A stretch of DNA of 64,000 bases from a virus: IMG/VR virus record IMGVR_UViG_3300045988_137032, positions 1 to 64,000 of that record; one strand, given 5' to 3'. The position numbers and the translations under genes were made by a program. The notes beneath the pieces are model-generated. The model saw nothing but the letters and a program-made list of their open reading frames with translations. It did no database searches and had not been told where the DNA came from. Below, piece by piece: positions 61,446 through 64,000 of this stretch (positions are counted from its first letter, which is position 1; every line of letters begins with the position of its first letter).

Positions 61446-61534
61446 TTCCTATGCTGAAAAACGCCTAGAAAACAATAAGGTAAGTTTTCTAAGGGTTTTC
61501 CCTTAAATATAATAAAGAAAGGACAGGTGGTATT

Positions 61535-62893
61535 ATGTCATCACCGATTAGTGATATTATTTCTGCTATGCGTGATGCTCGTAGAGCTGGTGCTGAAATT
61601 GCCCATGCAGGCAATGAGCTGTCTCACAAGAGTATCGTACGCGGTGCAAAAGATAGTACCATGCAATTCCCCTGCCTCGTTAGTAGCACTGTCCCGATCG
61701 ATTATGCTTCTGTCGTGGCAAAAACTATGGAGCGTGTTTATGCATCCTTTGTCCAGACTTACCTGTCTGCAAATAATGTCATGAACATCTCTGATTATAA
61801 GGATGTAAATCAGTATATTCAGAGATTCCATCGTAATGTGAAATTAGAATCAACTGCCGTTGATACCTATCTGGAAAATTGTGTTGTTCCTGATCCTGAT
61901 TACGACAAGCTCTTTGAGAGAATCGATAATGGTTCTACCAAGGCATACATCAATGAGTCTACTGGTCAGATTCTGGCATTCAATTTCTCTGATAAGTTCA
62001 ATAAGGCAGTTTTTGAATCCAATCAGGAACAGCTGGATGTTGCCCTGAAGGATATCGACTTTAGGCCGATTCCCAATGTTGGTAATAGTCCATTCTACGC
62101 TACGGAAGCTGAAGTGGATCCGAAGGAATACAATAAGAAGGTTCTGGATACTCAGTTTGATCGCTATAAGCAGCAAGCCGACCGTGATAAGGAAGCATAT
62201 AAGGCAACTATTAATGGTACGAAGGTTCCTGAGGTTCTTAAGGATCAGGATGTCAAGAAAACAAACGATATGCAGCCGTATCTGATGCAGGTCCGTCTGT
62301 CTGCTGTCAATGATCAGGATGAGTTCGTTCAGTTCATTGATTTCGTCCTTGGTGTTAAGGTTGTCTTGCATGTTGTGAAGTCTGATGAGATGGCTATGAA
62401 CCTTATTAATTCTATTCAGAATAAGGGCGTTCTCTTTAACTTCATTCGTTGGACAACTGGTGAGAAGAGTCTGATTAAGGATATCCTTCTGAATATCAAT
62501 GATACAAAGCTGGATGCCGCAAACCGTTCTCTGGGTGCATCTCCTTGGTGGACTACTCTGAAGCGCATGAAGGCTACTTCCAAAGCTCAGATGTCTGTCA
62601 TGTCTCGTACTCAGCTGGTTCCTCAGACTACTATCGTTCTGCATTCTATGGACGTTGATTCCATTATGCGCTCTTCTGGTTATGATCTCCATAATCCGAA
62701 GTTTGCAGTTCCTCTGATGCGTTCTCTCTTCCTGATGACATTTATCATTGTGGATGAGGGCACTCGTACTGTGGATATTCTCTATGATGGAAGCAATACG
62801 TTCCAGACTTACGCTCTGGAGGCACTGGAGCGTGAAATTACCATGAGCTCCAATAAGATCGGTCGTGAACTTACCCGTATGATCGGTCATTAA
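61535..62893 (+). CDS. hypothetical protein (452 aa)
   Basis: AAAGGACAGGTGG RBS. The ORF is long with consistent codon usage. Confidence 0.8.
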   Translation: MSSPISDIISAMRDARRAGAEIAHAGNELSHKSIVRGAKDSTMQFPCLVSSTVPIDYASVVAKTMERVYASFVQTYLSANNVMNISDYKDVNQYIQRFHRNVKLESTAVDTYLENCVVPDPDYDKLFERIDNGSTKAYINESTGQILAFNFSDKFNKAVFESNQEQLDVALKDIDFRPIPNVGNSPFYATEAEVDPKEYNKKVLDTQFDRYKQQADRDKEAYKATINGTKVPEVLKDQDVKKTNDMQPYLMQVRLSAVNDQDEFVQFIDFVLGVKVVLHVVKSDEMAMNLINSIQNKGVLFNFIRWTTGEKSLIKDILLNINDTKLDAANRSLGASPWWTTLKRMKATSKAQMSVMSRTQLVPQTTIVLHSMDVDSIMRSSGYDLHNPKFAVPLMRSLFLMTFIIVDEGTRTVDILYDGSNTFQTYALEALEREITMSSNKIGRELTRMIGH

Positions 62894-62919
62894 TTTTTTG
62901 ATAAAGGAGGTTAATGAAA

Positions 62920-63936
62920 ATGCTGATTCAGCCTATTCTCGTAAGGGAATCCGTGCGGATTCTCAGTGGCTGTGAGAAGCCTTCTATGAAGCAAGAGCGT
63001 GAAATCATGACTTGCTTTGAAGATGCGAATTCTCCTGTCACGGCACGTTATCTGGAAAAGCTCTATATGAGCGTTATTTCCAAGTCTCACATTGACTTTG
63101 ATAATATTCCGCAGTCTGCTGGTGATATTGAGAAGTATGTCGGTTATAAGAATATGGTTCAGGTACTCGATAACATCGATGGTATCTGTGCTAATGCTCA
63201 TAACAAGCAGGTACAGCAATATACGCTGACTGTACGTGAGGCCATCAATAATATTCGTAAGCTTGCTCCTATCTACAAGAAAGGCTTCATGGCTAAGAAT
63301 GAATATGTCATGATGGAGTATAACACCTTTGTGTATACTTGCGTTCAGGCTACATCTTCACTGCTCTATGAGTTTGTGGATTACATGAAGCGTCCGGATA
63401 TGACAACCGTTACGATTACACTGAAGAATACAAAGTATCGTGCAAATACTTTCTATATTGATCAGCTTGCAAAGTATAACGCTGTCAATAAAAAGATGCA
63501 GTATGCAAAGTATCTGGAAGGTATGCTTACAAATGGTAAGGATAACTTCATTGGTACTTATACTGTGATTGGTGCTACCGCTGTTGTTGCAGTTGCTCTG
63601 GCAATCATCCCTGTTATGCGTGAGCTGGTTTACCAGTTCTATAATGTACGTACTAATATCAGTGATGCTCTCTCACAGCAGGCATATTTCCTTGAGCTGA
63701 ATAAGGCATGTGTGGAAGCCAATTCTTCTTTCTCTAAGGAGAAGAAGGCTGATATCCTTATGAAGCAGGAAAAGGCAAGAAATATCTGCATGCGGTTATC
63801 TGATAAGCTTCGGGTTACCCATGCTAAGAGCATGAGTGCTGGTGAGGCAGCTATTCGGAATGATTCGAAATATCTCACCCTCGATAACATCAAGAATGGT
63901 GATGATGGTTCCGCATCTTCCTTGCAGCTGCTGTAA
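62920..63936 (+). CDS. hypothetical helical protein with one TM segment
   Basis: The ATG at 62920 lies 9 nt after AAGGAGG; the ATG at 62914 is too close to the RBS. The TM segment is IGTYTVIGATAVVAVALAIIPVM. Confidence 0.75.
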   Translation: MLIQPILVRESVRILSGCEKPSMKQEREIMTCFEDANSPVTARYLEKLYMSVISKSHIDFDNIPQSAGDIEKYVGYKNMVQVLDNIDGICANAHNKQVQQYTLTVREAINNIRKLAPIYKKGFMAKNEYVMMEYNTFVYTCVQATSSLLYEFVDYMKRPDMTTVTITLKNTKYRANTFYIDQLAKYNAVNKKMQYAKYLEGMLTNGKDNFIGTYTVIGATAVVAVALAIIPVMRELVYQFYNVRTNISDALSQQAYFLELNKACVEANSSFSKEKKADILMKQEKARNICMRLSDKLRVTHAKSMSAGEAAIRNDSKYLTLDNIKNGDDGSASSLQLL

Positions 63937-63954
63937 GAAAGGGAGATGCAGACA

Positions 63955-64000
63955 ATGGAATGGTATGATGTTAGAGACAGTTTGAAGAGTCTCTATGATT
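63955..64000 (+). CDS. 5-prime end of a further gene, truncated by the window edge
   Basis: The ATG at 63955 follows AAAGGGAG, and the frame is open to the end of the window. Confidence 0.4.
   Translation, partial: MEWYDVRDSLKSLYD

Noticed and set aside
1-64000. Alternative genetic code (stop-codon reassignment), as seen in some large gut phages
   Set aside because: Standard-code translation gives uninterrupted ORFs up to 3888 aa with recognisable catalytic motifs. Genes end at stops followed by terminators, and none of the tRNAs has a suppressor anticodon (CUA, UCA or UUA).

Overview
This window reads as one contiguous piece of a large tailed dsDNA phage genome. I saw no host genes, integrase or transposase. 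It uses the standard genetic code, shown by an uninterrupted 3888-aa ORF. Almost every gene has a strong AAAGGAG-type Shine-Dalgarno site, and many genes or gene pairs end in a long perfect-stem intrinsic terminator. Genes I can assign: a giant tape-measure-like virion protein with three cell-wall hydrolase domains (2103..13769), a RusA-like resolvase, a DnaG/T7-type primase, the C-terminal (fingers/palm/thumb) part of a family B DNA polymerase encoded on its own, an SSB with a DDMPF tail, a GroEL-like chaperonin, a trimeric dUTPase, and a stand-alone C-terminal fragment of a multisubunit RNA polymerase beta-prime subunit. The chaperonin and RNAP fragment are jumbo-phage hallmarks. There is also a repeat-containing tail-fibre-like protein, a cluster of four tRNAs (Leu-GAG, Thr-UGU, Ser-UGA, Gln-UUG) on the minus strand, and one aberrant tRNA-like gene on the plus strand. 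Most other ORFs are hypothetical, but several form paralog families. The most unusual locus is 52.7-55.3 kb: two ORF-free, hairpin-dense blocks of about 0.6-0.85 kb flank a lone beta-helix ORF and sit next to the aberrant tRNA. These are candidate large structured ncRNAs in a ROOL/GOLLD-like genomic context. A second unusual locus is a 350-nt ORF-free segment between two terminators (27.37-27.72 kb) that carries three spaced 20-bp direct repeats next to an AT-rich tract, which looks like an iteron/origin or centromere. All functional calls rest on motifs read by eye; no searches were run.
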